Positions 17,101-27,717 of a stretch of 52,227 nt of DNA are shown here, piece by piece. Position numbers and translations under genes: made by a program. The notes beneath the pieces were generated by a model. It did no database searches, was not told where the DNA came from, and was given only the letters and a program-made list of their open reading frames with translations. Numbering within the stretch: the stretch's first letter is position 1; every line of letters starts with the position of its first letter. Source of the stretch: a virus (lineage: Duplodnaviria; Caudoviricetes); the IMG/VR virus record IMGVR_UViG_3300036766_000708, positions 1 through 52,227 of that record. The stretch is one strand, 5' to 3'.

Positions 17101-18747
17101 ATGCCGTCAGGAACCCTTCGTGTCACCCAGTTCGGTCAGGGCGGCGTCAACGTCGATGCCAACCCGCTGGACATGGCGGATAACGAACTGCGATCGTCAC
17201 AGAACGCCGAGCATACCGGCTTGAGCGGGCGCAAGGGCGGGCTCAGTACTCGACAGGGACTGGCGCAGTTCAATACCTCGAGGCTGAGCGGCGCGGTCCT
17301 TGGCGGGATCGAGATGCCCGTTGCAGGTACCGGCGGGGCTCCGGCCGCGGGCGGAGGCGGAAACAATACCGGCTCGCCCATTCCCGGCATTACCGGCGAC
17401 AACCTCGGCGCGGGGTTGACGATCGATAGCAGCACAAACGTCGGAGCCGCGACGCCGCCCAGTGAACCACTCGGCCAATCTGGGGTGCTGTTTGGCGGGT
17501 CCCGGTTGCTGCTCATTGGACGCCACGACGACGATCTCAATGTGTTGAGTAAGCAGACCGGGTACGGGTGGTACCTCACGTCGAAGGAATGCCAGGACGA
17601 CGCGCTCAAGATTACCTCCGGATCGGGCGGGTGTGTCGTGGGTCCGTTTGGCTTTCCCGTCGATTCGACGCCGCGGTACTCCCCCGCGTCGGACACCGCC
17701 GATTCGGTCAACCACGGGCAGCAGGGATACGCCGAAGCGAACGGGGTCCTCTACTACGGGGCGGCGTTTGATACGGCTTTCGATGTCAACCCCACGAAGG
17801 CGACCCTGCGACGCTACGACGGGCACACGGACTCGCTGGTGTGTACCTTCCCCCACAACAACTACCTCGTGACAGCGGTCGCGTCGTTCAAAACCAGCGT
17901 GTCCTGCGTGCTCGTGAAGTACGCGGACGGGAATGTCTGCTACGTGGCGGTGTTGGACAAAGAATTCGGGATCCCCGCCTACTTCCACGGGCGCATTTTC
18001 AAAGTCACCGGGCTCGACGCGGGTAATTATGCCCTGACGGAGATTTTCAATTCCCTCAACCCGGCGAACGGCGCACCATTCGTCAGCTCCCACACCACCG
18101 GGTTTGCGCCGTACGTGCTGGAAAACTTTGGCGGGAATCTGTGGTTCGGGATGTGGCGCGGGCATCAGATTCTTGATTCGGATCTCGACCCCTACATCGT
18201 GCAACTGCAAGGGAGCGGCTTCGTCATCGCCAATAACGTCTCCGCGGATCACAGTTCGACCAAACTGTCTGACGTGTCCTGTATGCGGCCGTTTCAAGGG
18301 TCGTTGTTTTTCGGGTATCGCGTGCATTCCAACGATACCGGCGGGTACACCCCGCAATTTGCCAAGATCATGAAACTCGACCCGGACGGCACCCTGACGG
18401 AGTCGTTGAACACAGACGATGGGGGTACCGCGGCGGATACCAATGCGGCGGCCGCGATGCGGCTATTCGGCGGGAATTTGTACGCGACGCTATTCAATCC
18501 GAGTTCGCCGTCGACCGCGTCGGTCAAGAAATTCGACGGGGCGTCGTGGACGACGGTGTTGAATTTTGCTTCATTGGGTGTCCCGCTCAACCTCGGTGTC
18601 GATGATGGGGTGTTGTACACCTGGGGCGAGGACATCTTGTACTCGTCGTTGGACGGGATCACCTGGACGAATCGCTCCGCACACCTGAACGCGAACATGG
18701 ATTCTCACGATCACCCCATGAGCGCCCTCTACGGGGTGGACCAGTAA
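17101..18747 (+). CDS. Tail protein (nozzle-like N-terminus plus beta-propeller-like domain)
   Basis: GGVNVDANP...ELRSSQN...GGLSTRQG; repeated FGGNL/FQGSL blades. Confidence 0.65.
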   Translation: MPSGTLRVTQFGQGGVNVDANPLDMADNELRSSQNAEHTGLSGRKGGLSTRQGLAQFNTSRLSGAVLGGIEMPVAGTGGAPAAGGGGNNTGSPIPGITGDNLGAGLTIDSSTNVGAATPPSEPLGQSGVLFGGSRLLLIGRHDDDLNVLSKQTGYGWYLTSKECQDDALKITSGSGGCVVGPFGFPVDSTPRYSPASDTADSVNHGQQGYAEANGVLYYGAAFDTAFDVNPTKATLRRYDGHTDSLVCTFPHNNYLVTAVASFKTSVSCVLVKYADGNVCYVAVLDKEFGIPAYFHGRIFKVTGLDAGNYALTEIFNSLNPANGAPFVSSHTTGFAPYVLENFGGNLWFGMWRGHQILDSDLDPYIVQLQGSGFVIANNVSADHSSTKLSDVSCMRPFQGSLFFGYRVHSNDTGGYTPQFAKIMKLDPDGTLTESLNTDDGGTAADTNAAAAMRLFGGNLYATLFNPSSPSTASVKKFDGASWTTVLNFASLGVPLNLGVDDGVLYTWGEDILYSSLDGITWTNRSAHLNANMDSHDHPMSALYGVDQ

Positions 18748-20315
18748 TGGCCTTCACCCTGGTGCAGTCGGGCGAGACGTTGTATTCCGTCAACACGGAT
18801 GGTGGATGGACCGCGTTGGTACTGCCGGCGGGAATTATCTTGTCGGCGCTGCGGGTCCCGCGGTTCGAGCGATTCAAACGGTACGTGATCCTCGTCAATA
18901 CTCCGTCGCGGCCCTTGTCGATCGACGTGTTCGGGGTCGTCCGGGTTCTGACGCCACTGACACCGGGGTCCGCGATCGTACTCTCGAACGCGAACGGTGG
19001 GACACTGAGCGGGACCTTTGAAGCGGTCGAGACATTCCGTATTCTCGACGCGCTAGGCAACGTGATCAGCGAAAGCGATTACAGTCCGGTGTCGAACAGC
19101 GAGACGATCACGACCGACTATCTGAATGCCACCAATGTCCTGGTGTCGACTGACGACATCACCGATCGGCAACTGTACCGCACGACCGACAACGGCGCGG
19201 TGTTTTTCCCGTGGATTGTGATCGACGGTAACATCATCACGTCCATCAATGACGATACGCCCGACTCAGGCTTGGGCATCGTGTCCGCGCCGATTCGCGG
19301 GGCGGCACCGGATCTGACGCTGATCAAGGAATGGGCAGGGCGGCTCTGGGGTGTCGACCGTGCCGACATGGATAACCTCCGGTGGACGGAAGCGGGCACG
19401 ATGTTCGCCTGGGGTGCGCTCAACACCCTTCCGATTCCACACATCGGCGAGGATTCGTACGGGATTACCGCGCTGATTCCCCGCCGAAACGCCCTCGGGG
19501 TTGGCCGCAAGAAAGGCTTGCAGCAAATCACCGGGTCGACGCTGGCGAATATCAAACCGACCACGCTCCAGGAAGAATGCGGTGTTGAATCGCAAGAGTC
19601 GGTTGTCGTGTATCAGGATCGCGCATTTTTCCTCTGGCGTGACGGGGTGTACTGCTGGGACGACAACGGGGTCAACTGCGTCAGTGACGAAAAGGTCCGG
19701 TCCTGGTTCGCGACCGATGATGTGTTTAACCGGGCGATGTTTCAGCGGGCATTCGCGGTGCTCGACGAAGCGGACGGCATGTATTTGCTGTTTCTCGCGT
19801 CCGCTGGAAGCAATGTGATTGACCGGTGGGTCGCGTACGACATCTCGCAACAATCCTGGTGGGGTCCGCACAAAACCGACGCGTTTGATCCGTCGTCCGC
19901 GTTCCTGGTCCGGGGATCCAACGGGTACCCGTTCCACATGATTGGCAGTCGACAAGGATTCCTGTCGCTCAACGTCGCCGCGAAAAACGATTGGGGCGTG
20001 CATCCGATCGCGATGCGGACAGTCGGGAAACCGCATGATGCGCTCGAACCGGACTTCGAGAAGGTCTGGGGCGAGTGTTCCATCCTCGGGAAGGTACAAC
20101 CGAGTGGGATCATTACCATCACGCCGGCCGTGGGTGATTTCGACACGATCGTGGACACAGCGTCGATCGCGTACGACATGACGACAGGCCGGCAGAACAT
20201 CGGCCGGATCGGGTTCGGCGCACTGGCGCAACTGACATTCGAGCACGCGACGTTGAACGAAGATGTGCTGATTTACGGGTACGAATTGCCTTTCATCGTG
20301 ACAGGACGGCGGTAG
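18747..20315 (+). CDS. Tail nozzle / DNA stabilisation protein (P22 gp10/T7 gp12-like)
   Basis: GRLWG...LRWTE...ITAL...CGVESQESV...FFLWRDGVY. Confidence 0.7.
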   Translation: MAFTLVQSGETLYSVNTDGGWTALVLPAGIILSALRVPRFERFKRYVILVNTPSRPLSIDVFGVVRVLTPLTPGSAIVLSNANGGTLSGTFEAVETFRILDALGNVISESDYSPVSNSETITTDYLNATNVLVSTDDITDRQLYRTTDNGAVFFPWIVIDGNIITSINDDTPDSGLGIVSAPIRGAAPDLTLIKEWAGRLWGVDRADMDNLRWTEAGTMFAWGALNTLPIPHIGEDSYGITALIPRRNALGVGRKKGLQQITGSTLANIKPTTLQEECGVESQESVVVYQDRAFFLWRDGVYCWDDNGVNCVSDEKVRSWFATDDVFNRAMFQRAFAVLDEADGMYLLFLASAGSNVIDRWVAYDISQQSWWGPHKTDAFDPSSAFLVRGSNGYPFHMIGSRQGFLSLNVAAKNDWGVHPIAMRTVGKPHDALEPDFEKVWGECSILGKVQPSGIITITPAVGDFDTIVDTASIAYDMTTGRQNIGRIGFGALAQLTFEHATLNEDVLIYGYELPFIVTGRR

Positions 20316-20328
20316 GGAGAACAGCATC

Positions 20329-21063
20329 ATGGCGACGACCAATCCATACGATCAGTACGGCACCGGGAACTATGCCGGACGGGATCAGATCATCAACGGA
20401 CAGACGTACAAGCAGTACTCGCCTGAGTGGTACGCCAAAATGCGGGAAACGCAGGTGCGCGGCGGGTCCACCGCGGGACAGACGGCCGCGGCCTACACGT
20501 CTGAAGCCTTAAAAGGGTTTCCCTCGATCGCCGGATTGACGGGTGGAAGTGGATCCGTGTCCGGCGCATCCGGGGCCGGCGGTGGGGCCGGTACGGGTGT
20601 CACAGGCGGCGGCGGGGGTAACGGTGTGCCCTCGGTCGGCGGGCTCGAACTCCCGAACATGGACGCCTCGAACTCCGCGACGTTCTCGCGCGCCAAAGAT
20701 GCGGTCGGGCAGCAATCCCGTGCGGCGCTCACGTCGCTCAACGATGAACTCGGCGCGCAGGGACAGATCGGCGGCGGGGCACAGGTACAAGGTACCCGCG
20801 ACATCATCCAGTCCGGCGCGGGGAACTTGGGTGAAGTGTCGCGTGATCTCGCGATCCAGAACTCCAATCAAGCCGCGGATTTCGCGAAAACCCGGTACTC
20901 CGGCGGGATCACTCAACGCGGACAGGATATTCAGTCACAGGAAGCTGCGGCCCAACTGGAACTCGCGCGCCAACAGCAACAGCAAAACACGTTGTTCCGT
21001 CTGCTGTCGTTGGCGACGCAAGGATTGTCGTCCTCGTACTCCAGCGATCAGCCGGTGTACTAA
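20329..21063 (+). CDS. Putative internal virion/ejection protein
   Basis: Gly/Gln-rich, TQRGQDI motif, follows nozzle. Confidence 0.6.
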   Translation: MATTNPYDQYGTGNYAGRDQIINGQTYKQYSPEWYAKMRETQVRGGSTAGQTAAAYTSEALKGFPSIAGLTGGSGSVSGASGAGGGAGTGVTGGGGGNGVPSVGGLELPNMDASNSATFSRAKDAVGQQSRAALTSLNDELGAQGQIGGGAQVQGTRDIIQSGAGNLGEVSRDLAIQNSNQAADFAKTRYSGGITQRGQDIQSQEAAAQLELARQQQQQNTLFRLLSLATQGLSSSYSSDQPVY

Positions 21064-21069
21064 GGCGGG

Positions 21070-22470
21070 GTGATGTCCACCACTGTCCGATCACAGCCGT
21101 ACCAGTTGTCCTGGTCGGATCCTGTCGGGTCCATCGACACTGTCAATACCCGTCTGGGTAAGCAGTTGGTCGATGCGAACGAGATGTTTGACATTTTGTT
21201 CAGTGACCTCGCGGGTGTGGCGGACGATCTGGCGAATATCGACACCAGCGGCGGGCTGACATCGCCGGTCGGCGTGGTGGACGGTGGAACTGGCCTGATC
21301 ACGGTCGCGCAAGGAGACCTCCTGTACGGGTCCGCGGCAGATGTCCTCTCGGTCCTCGCGAAAGACGCCAACGCGACTCGGTACTTGAGCAACACCGGAG
21401 CCTCGAACAATCCCGCGTGGGCACAAGTCAATCTCGCCAACGGGGTCACAGGTAATCTCGGCGTCACGCATCTGAACAGTGGGACATCCGCCGGGGCGAC
21501 CACCTTCTGGCGCGGCGACGGGGTCTGGGCGGTTCCAGCGGGCACAGCAACGGGTACTGTTACCCACACCGCCGGAGCCCTCACCGCCAGCGCCCTGGTG
21601 GTCGGCAACGCGGCGGACGACATCAAGGTCCTCGCGTCACTCGGAACGACCACGACGCTCCTTCACGGCAATGCCGCGGGACTGCCGACATTCAGTGCGG
21701 TGGATCTCGCAAACGATGTCACGGGTAATCTCCCGGTGGGGAATTTGAACGGCGGCAGTGCGGCATCCTCGGCGACCTTTTGGCGCGGAGACGGATCGTG
21801 GGCCACGCTGGCGAGTGCGAACGCGGCCTATACGTTCTATCAACAAAAATGGCACGCGATCATGGCCAGTTCGTCGAGTGCCAGCGTGGTCGGCATTGGT
21901 CCGACCGGCTCCAACACCGGCACCGGCATTTCTGTAGTGGTCGACACCGCCGATGTGTGGGCGCGCATCAGTACCGCGTCCAGCGGGTCTCGTGTGTTCT
22001 GGGGCGCGGTGAATACGCTGGCGCAATTCCAGAACGATCCTACGTACATCTTTCGGATTCGTACGGGTTCGGACATCACGAGTGTGCGCTTGTGGTGGAT
22101 GCTGGGCGGGGATACGGTCGTGGGGAACTCCGACACCATGCCCGCCAACAGTGTCGGTGTCCGTTACAGCACCGTGACGGCTGATGCGGGGTTCATCGGC
22201 TGTACCACGAATAATGCAGGCACACAATCGACATCGGCCTCGATCGCGAACATCGCCGCGAGCACGATCTATGTCATCAAAATCGTCGTGAGCGGGGACG
22301 GCACTGTGTTTACGTTCACCGTCAATGGGGGTACCCCGGTCGTGATGAACTCCGGTAACTTACCCGTGGTGACGACCAACATCAATTTTCACGTAGCGTT
22401 GGCTCCTCAAGTCGCGTCGTCGCGTGTCATGGATGCTGCTTTTATTTACGGGGAATTCCCCCCGTACTAA
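21070..22470 (+). CDS. Tail fibre protein
   Basis: Duplicated VxLANxVTGNL...TFWRGDGxW units; C-terminal beta domain. Confidence 0.75.
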   Translation: MMSTTVRSQPYQLSWSDPVGSIDTVNTRLGKQLVDANEMFDILFSDLAGVADDLANIDTSGGLTSPVGVVDGGTGLITVAQGDLLYGSAADVLSVLAKDANATRYLSNTGASNNPAWAQVNLANGVTGNLGVTHLNSGTSAGATTFWRGDGVWAVPAGTATGTVTHTAGALTASALVVGNAADDIKVLASLGTTTTLLHGNAAGLPTFSAVDLANDVTGNLPVGNLNGGSAASSATFWRGDGSWATLASANAAYTFYQQKWHAIMASSSSASVVGIGPTGSNTGTGISVVVDTADVWARISTASSGSRVFWGAVNTLAQFQNDPTYIFRIRTGSDITSVRLWWMLGGDTVVGNSDTMPANSVGVRYSTVTADAGFIGCTTNNAGTQSTSASIANIAASTIYVIKIVVSGDGTVFTFTVNGGTPVVMNSGNLPVVTTNINFHVALAPQVASSRVMDAAFIYGEFPPY

Positions 22471-22498
22471 GGGAATTCACGAAATCATAGCTCTACGG

Positions 22499-22534
22499 TC
22501 ACTGATTCACTGATGGCATGATTCATGCCATACT
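22499..22534 (+). promoter_or_regulatory. Putative promoter/operator
   Basis: TCACTGATTCACT; dyad ATGGCATGA-T-TCATGCCAT; TTCACT-17-CATACT with TG. Confidence 0.5.
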
Positions 22535-22552
22535 ACGTCTGAAGGATTCACT

Positions 22553-22861
22553 ATGCCTGCTCCTACCTTACTCGGGCCGCAGCGGAAGCTGGAATGGGAC
22601 CCCCTGACGAACTCCTGGGCACCGACGCAGCGGACAGACGAGGACTACCAGAAGACGTTTGCGGAGAACATCAAACGCGGCGGGTTTCCGGTATTCGGGG
22701 CCACGAAAGCAACCCCAGACCCACAGCCGTTCGAGGGGATGGCGACTGGGGACCCGTGGGCGCGGCCAAGTCTTCAGGCGTTGATGGAACAGAACGACCC
22801 CAACAGCGAAATCAACAAACTCCAGAAGGGCCGCAAGACTGCTGGTGGGAGGGTCCTGTAA
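22553..22861 (+). CDS. Hypothetical protein
   Basis: AAGGA RBS; TAATG coupling. Confidence 0.7.
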   Translation: MPAPTLLGPQRKLEWDPLTNSWAPTQRTDEDYQKTFAENIKRGGFPVFGATKATPDPQPFEGMATGDPWARPSLQALMEQNDPNSEINKLQKGRKTAGGRVL

Positions 22862-23898
22862 TGCCGTACACGATGACTCCCGGTGCTGGACTCGCCGGCC
22901 CGGTCAAACAGAAAACCCCGATCGACGCACTGGCGGAATTTCTCGGCGTGGATAGTACGGAAGTCCCGGCCATGAGTGGGACGGTGTCGGGTGCCGGATC
23001 GCCCTCGCTCGAACTCGCGCAGCTTCGCGGCGGGCGGGCAGACGAACTCGCAACCAACGTCGCCAGTGGCGCGGCTTCCCCTGGTTCAGACCGTCTATTG
23101 TCGATGCTTCGCGGCGAAATGGACAGCGATCCGGATACGGGTGTCGCGGCGCAGAAGCAGGCGGCTGCGAACACGGAAGCGAGCTATCAGCAGTACGGGG
23201 ATCTGCCCCGACAACAGCGACAGGAAGCGTTGGACGCGAAGCTGGCCGTGGGTCGCATTCCCGGTGAAACGGCACGCGACGTCGCCCACATCAACGCCAG
23301 CGGAGACATCGCGAAACAGGCATTGGCGAACGAAGGGTCCGCGTACGTCGCAGAGACCAACGCGGGAGCCAAAGGAGGCGGTGGATCTCGACTACCGTCT
23401 GGCCTTATGGAACGCATCGCGGGTGCGCACACTGCGCTCAATACATTGGATGAACTCGAACAGCTGTACCCAAAGGTGCAGGGGTTCGTGAACGGGATGG
23501 GACCGGTCGCAGGACGCATGAGTGAGTTCATGCAGGGCGTCCCCGGTATGCCGTCGAATCCCGACTTCAACGGATTCACCGCGCGGTCCTCGACCCTCGC
23601 CAACGCGGTTATCAAAGCCATTACCGGTGCGCAGATGTCTGAACCGGAAGCCGTCCGCATCATGAAACAGATTCCCACGGTCCACGATCGATCGGACGTG
23701 TGGAAATCAAAAACTACGGCGATGCGCTCGAATCTCGCCAGCACCGTCCAGAACATTCAAAACGAAAATCAAAGCGGACAAGGCGGGCCGGGATTGTCGC
23801 GCGATCGGTTGATGCAGATCGCCGCGTCGCTGGGATTGAGCGTTGGTGGCGACAGCGGAGACGATCCGTACGCCAATCCCGACTACCAGCCCCAGTAA
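22861..23898 (+). CDS. Putative DNA ejection protein
   Basis: KAITGAQMSEPEAVR motif typical of podovirus ejection proteins. Confidence 0.65.
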   Translation: MPYTMTPGAGLAGPVKQKTPIDALAEFLGVDSTEVPAMSGTVSGAGSPSLELAQLRGGRADELATNVASGAASPGSDRLLSMLRGEMDSDPDTGVAAQKQAAANTEASYQQYGDLPRQQRQEALDAKLAVGRIPGETARDVAHINASGDIAKQALANEGSAYVAETNAGAKGGGGSRLPSGLMERIAGAHTALNTLDELEQLYPKVQGFVNGMGPVAGRMSEFMQGVPGMPSNPDFNGFTARSSTLANAVIKAITGAQMSEPEAVRIMKQIPTVHDRSDVWKSKTTAMRSNLASTVQNIQNENQSGQGGPGLSRDRLMQIAASLGLSVGGDSGDDPYANPDYQPQ

Positions 23899-23909
23899 AG
23901 GATTCGATC

Positions 23910-25244
23910 ATGCCGCAAATCGGTGAAGTGCGAAAAGGCGCGAGTGAGTCCGTTCGCTGGGATGGGGCACGCTGGCAACCGCAGGGTAATCCCAATGTAT
24001 CGGCAGTCCCCGCGTCCGAAACCGATAATCCGTGGATCGCGCGCATGAAGGGATTTTTGTCGGGCGCGGCCTCGGGATTACCGAACGCCGCCAAGATCGT
24101 CCAAGTGGCCGCGCCGTTTGTGACCGGCGGCGCGTCGATTCCGTTGCAAATGGCGATCGGCGGCGGGACTCAGGCGCTTGCGGATTTGACCTCACGGGCC
24201 GCGGGAAACTCAGACGCTCCCCAGACGTTTTCGGATCTCCTCCTCCGGGCGGCAGAAGGCGCGGCGATCCCTGGTGTGCTTGGCGGGGCAATGAAGGGCA
24301 TCCAAGCGATTCGTCCGTTGGCGACCAAAGGCACGATGGGCGGAGTCGGCGGCGCGATGATCGGCGGGTACGAAGGCGGGAAACGCGGCGGAGTCACTGG
24401 GGCGCTCGAAGGGGCGGCATTGGGTGCGGCGGGCGGGTCCACACTCGCCAACAAGTTCGCCTCGTTCAGAGGATTGTCGGGCGCGGCGAAGGACGCTGAA
24501 CAAGCGGTACCCGCGGTTGAGCGTGAGATGGGCGGGTTTGCCTCGCAACCGAAAGCAACGTACATCAATCGCCCGAACACCCCATTCACCGGACCTACAC
24601 GGCCGGCGGAAGATATGTGGCCGGCGCGCGAGACAGCGTGGGCAGCTACACCGACACAGACACCGACGTCAATGTCGCCGCGTGTCGCCGGGAAAGCGCC
24701 TGTCCTCAACGACGAACTGAATTCCATCCTCACGTCGCTCAAGGAACCGGCACCCCCGACTCGCGTCACGTCCGCGCCGTCGACCAACCCGACACTGACC
24801 CCGGTTGAAGGTCGACCCGCACAGTCCCTCGACATGGTCGGGGAACAGGCGGACGCGGAAGGGCGACGGATGGCTCAGCAATTCCCGTGGAACGAGGATC
24901 CAACCGGGATTGAAGCGGGTCGTGATCGTGTCATGCAACGACGGATAGGTACCTCGCCCGCGTTGAGTACCGTGTCGCCTGACGCGCTGATGCCGCCGGC
25001 CGCGGAACCGGGGCTCGAACTTCCTGATTCGTGGAAACCGTTCACGGATCGACCGTCGCTGCAAGGGCTGTCGAGTGATATTCCTGAAGAGTTGAGTGCG
25101 GCGATCGATGCCGCGGCAAACGACGAACGACTCGCCGGCTATCCGAGCTTCTCTCCGCGGAAGATGCCGAGTTTCTTTAAGGGACCGGGTACTTATCCGA
25201 AAACCGGACGAACCCCCGCGATCCATAGTGCGTGGGAGCCGTAA
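23910..25244 (+). CDS. Putative DNA ejection protein
   Basis: Gly-zipper hydrophobic segments, Pro-rich C-terminus; AAAGGA RBS. Confidence 0.6.
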   Translation: MPQIGEVRKGASESVRWDGARWQPQGNPNVSAVPASETDNPWIARMKGFLSGAASGLPNAAKIVQVAAPFVTGGASIPLQMAIGGGTQALADLTSRAAGNSDAPQTFSDLLLRAAEGAAIPGVLGGAMKGIQAIRPLATKGTMGGVGGAMIGGYEGGKRGGVTGALEGAALGAAGGSTLANKFASFRGLSGAAKDAEQAVPAVEREMGGFASQPKATYINRPNTPFTGPTRPAEDMWPARETAWAATPTQTPTSMSPRVAGKAPVLNDELNSILTSLKEPAPPTRVTSAPSTNPTLTPVEGRPAQSLDMVGEQADAEGRRMAQQFPWNEDPTGIEAGRDRVMQRRIGTSPALSTVSPDALMPPAAEPGLELPDSWKPFTDRPSLQGLSSDIPEELSAAIDAAANDERLAGYPSFSPRKMPSFFKGPGTYPKTGRTPAIHSAWEP

Positions 25245-25248
25245 TGCT

Positions 25249-25524
25249 ATGCACGAATCGATGATTATCAAAACTGATCTCGATCGCGTTCCGACGAAAC
25301 GGGAGTGGATCGTGCCGATTGCGATTGCGACCATTTCCGGCGTGATCTCGCTCGGTGTGGCCGGGTACGTGGGCTATACGTCCAACGACAAGGAACTTGC
25401 GGTCAAAGTCGGCCAAGTCGAAACGCAGCAACGGAACGACGGCGATCGGCTGAACCGCATCGAAATCAAAGTTGACAGTGTCGACGACAAGATCGATCGG
25501 ATTCTCGAACGCGTGACGAGGTAA
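25249..25524 (+). CDS. Membrane protein, holin-like
   Basis: One TM segment plus RLNRIEIKVD...IDRIL coiled coil. Confidence 0.55.
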   Translation: MHESMIIKTDLDRVPTKREWIVPIAIATISGVISLGVAGYVGYTSNDKELAVKVGQVETQQRNDGDRLNRIEIKVDSVDDKIDRILERVTR

Positions 25525-25529
25525 GGGAC

Positions 25530-25709
25530 ATGCCACAAGATTTTGCCGGTGTGATGCGGGAGTTCAAACAGCACCAGTTGCACTCCGGCTCGAAGCACGG
25601 GAAGAAAGTCACCAACCCCAAACAGGCGTTCGCGATCGGATTCAGCGAACAACGAAAGATGGGGATCGAGGATCGCCCCTCGTTCAAGGGCTTGAAGACA
25701 CGAAAGTAG
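25530..25709 (+). CDS. DUF6496-like small basic protein (59 aa, not in ORF track)
   Basis: VMREFKQHQLHSGSKHGKKVTNPKQAFAIGFSEQRK; AAGGGA RBS. Confidence 0.8.
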   Translation: MPQDFAGVMREFKQHQLHSGSKHGKKVTNPKQAFAIGFSEQRKMGIEDRPSFKGLKTRK

Positions 25710-25713
25710 ATCC

Positions 25714-25980
25714 ATGAATTTCGGTCCTGATGAAGCGATCGGTGTCTCTAAAATCGGCACCGTAGCGGCGCGCGCGCTTGAGTTCTTCACCAGTGCGCGT
25801 GTCCGTGCGCGAATCACACCGGACGGTGCGCACGAGTTGCTCCCGGTGACGGTCGATCCTGTCTTATCCTCGTCGGGGATCTATTTGTACGGCAAGAAGG
25901 ATGATGTGGACGGAAAAATGCACTTGTATGCGCGGTTCCCGACTGGAACGGTGCAGATTGTTGCCACGGAGCCTGACTAA
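25714..25980 (+). CDS. Hypothetical protein
   Basis: Operon packing. Confidence 0.65.
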   Translation: MNFGPDEAIGVSKIGTVAARALEFFTSARVRARITPDGAHELLPVTVDPVLSSSGIYLYGKKDDVDGKMHLYARFPTGTVQIVATEPD

Positions 25981-26282
25981 TGCCGCAGCCGGATACCATC
26001 ACCATCACTCCTGCCATTCCTGCCATTCCCGCACTCACGCGGATTGAATGTCCGTACTGTGCGACGTCGTACACGAGCGCGCGGTGCGGGATTCCCGTGG
26101 ATCTGGACGTCGTGTTCACGATCGTGTGTGGCACCTGCAAACGACAAATCGACGGCGCGGTAGAGACGGTCGAAGTACCGGGTAAACCCGCCACGACATT
26201 GCACAAGTGGACCTGGGGGTACCTGGGTGTGCCCGGTACTGAGCCTGCTTCGACTCGCATCGTGAAGGTACGTGCATCGTGA
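25980..26282 (+). CDS. Zn-ribbon protein
   Basis: CPYC...CGTC; TAATG coupling. Confidence 0.65.
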   Translation: MPQPDTITITPAIPAIPALTRIECPYCATSYTSARCGIPVDLDVVFTIVCGTCKRQIDGAVETVEVPGKPATTLHKWTWGYLGVPGTEPASTRIVKVRAS

Positions 26283-27208
26283 ATATCGCCGGTCATCAGG
26301 TCATTTCTGCGACGGCACCCTCGGCCGCTCCCGTCGCGGTCGGCTGGGAATGGGCGGATACGGCCAATGCGTTACTGAAACTGTGTACCTCCATCTCGCC
26401 CTACACGTTCGTCACGATGGGCGGAGGGGTCCCCGCGGCACATGCCGCGAGTCACGCATCTGGCGGCGGCGACCCGGTCACGCTGGCCGAATCCCAAGTC
26501 ACCAATTTGGCAACAGACCTCGCTGCAAAAGCTGTCGCGACCCGCAACATTATTTCGGGTGGAGGATTGACCGGCGGCGGGGATCTGTCCGCCGATCGCA
26601 CGATCGCTGTCGGGGCCGGTACCGGCATCACAGTCAATGCGGACGATGTCGCCGTGAATTATGGCACCAGCGGTACTACCGCTTGTGCGGGGAACGATAG
26701 CCGACTCGCGAAAACGACCACCTACGTGCCGACGTTAGTGTCCGCTGTCGACAATACACAGACGGCGCTCATTTCCTTCACGGTCCCCGCGAACGACATG
26801 GCCGATGGGGACATTCTGAATATTACGTTTGCGTCCTTGCTGAAGAACAACAAAGGGACTGTAGGCACGGCTGAACTTCTGGTGGACTGGGGCGGGGTCA
26901 CGGTACCCCTGACTGATGGTGCGGGCGGGTACGCGTGGAGCAACAACGCCACGGAGCGCAAATGGCTCTATCGCATCGCCCTCATGCGGGTTGGGGCTGA
27001 TCTGTGGGCGTACGCGCCGGTCACGAGCACCGCCTTGTCGATTGATTTTCTCGGGGCCACGAATCCCACGGTGGCGTACTCGGGCGCGCAAGTCTGTACA
27101 CCCAATTTCGCCAGCTCCGCGACCGTCGCCGTGAAGATTACCCTCTCCGCGACGGATGCCACGTTCTATTTCAAACCCCAACAAGCGTATGTCGTGCGGG
27201 GGCATTGA
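26279..27208 (+). CDS. Tail fibre/spike-like protein
   Basis: HAASHASGGGDP, GGGLTGGGDLSADRT, CAGNDSRL fibre motifs. Confidence 0.75.
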   Translation: MNIAGHQVISATAPSAAPVAVGWEWADTANALLKLCTSISPYTFVTMGGGVPAAHAASHASGGGDPVTLAESQVTNLATDLAAKAVATRNIISGGGLTGGGDLSADRTIAVGAGTGITVNADDVAVNYGTSGTTACAGNDSRLAKTTTYVPTLVSAVDNTQTALISFTVPANDMADGDILNITFASLLKNNKGTVGTAELLVDWGGVTVPLTDGAGGYAWSNNATERKWLYRIALMRVGADLWAYAPVTSTALSIDFLGATNPTVAYSGAQVCTPNFASSATVAVKITLSATDATFYFKPQQAYVVRGH

Positions 27209-27645
27209 TGAATCCTCGCGACGCGCACAAGCTCCTCGGGTGTCATCCGGATGTGATTCTCGGTGTCGATCGGGTCCTGACGACGATGGCAGCGGCGGGG
27301 CATCCGATGATGGTCACGGACGGGTTCAGAACGGTCACGCAGCAAGTCATCCTCTGGAACCAGGGCCGGACTACCCCTGGACCGGGAGTCACGAAGAAAC
27401 GACCCCTAGGCCGTGTGGTGACCCATGCAGACGGGATCAGGACCCTCTCGAATCACCAAAGCGGTCGGGCGGCGGATTGCTGCTTCATCGTGGCCGGGAA
27501 ACCCTCATGGGACGAAGCCCTACCGTGGGATCTGTACGGGGAGACTGCGGAAGCGGTTGGCTTTTCCTGGGGCGGGCGCTGGCCGAAAGGGAAGACGGAT
27601 AAGCCGCATATCGAACTGCTAGAAGTACTCGCTCAGACGGCGTAG
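27208..27645 (+). CDS. Endolysin, M15-family (L-Ala-D-Glu) peptidase
   Basis: R...QGRT.PG..VT.A...SNHQSGRAAD...WGGRW...DKPHIE. Confidence 0.9.
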   Translation: MNPRDAHKLLGCHPDVILGVDRVLTTMAAAGHPMMVTDGFRTVTQQVILWNQGRTTPGPGVTKKRPLGRVVTHADGIRTLSNHQSGRAADCCFIVAGKPSWDEALPWDLYGETAEAVGFSWGGRWPKGKTDKPHIELLEVLAQTA

Positions 27646-27654
27646 TGTCCTCCT

Positions 27655-27688
27655 CGGCACGGTTCCTGCAAGGCCAGTGAATCACTGA
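27655..27688 (+). promoter_or_regulatory. Sigma54-like -24/-12 element plus AGTGAATCACTGA
   Basis: CGGCACGGTTCCTGCA (GG-N10-GC) in intergenic gap. Confidence 0.4.
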
Positions 27689-27717
27689 ATCCCCGATTTT
27701 CGATGTAGAGGTACCTG

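Noticed and set aside
21420-21810. DGR template/variable repeat in tail fibre
   Set aside because: In-frame structural repeat with non-adenine-specific differences; no reverse transcriptase in the genome
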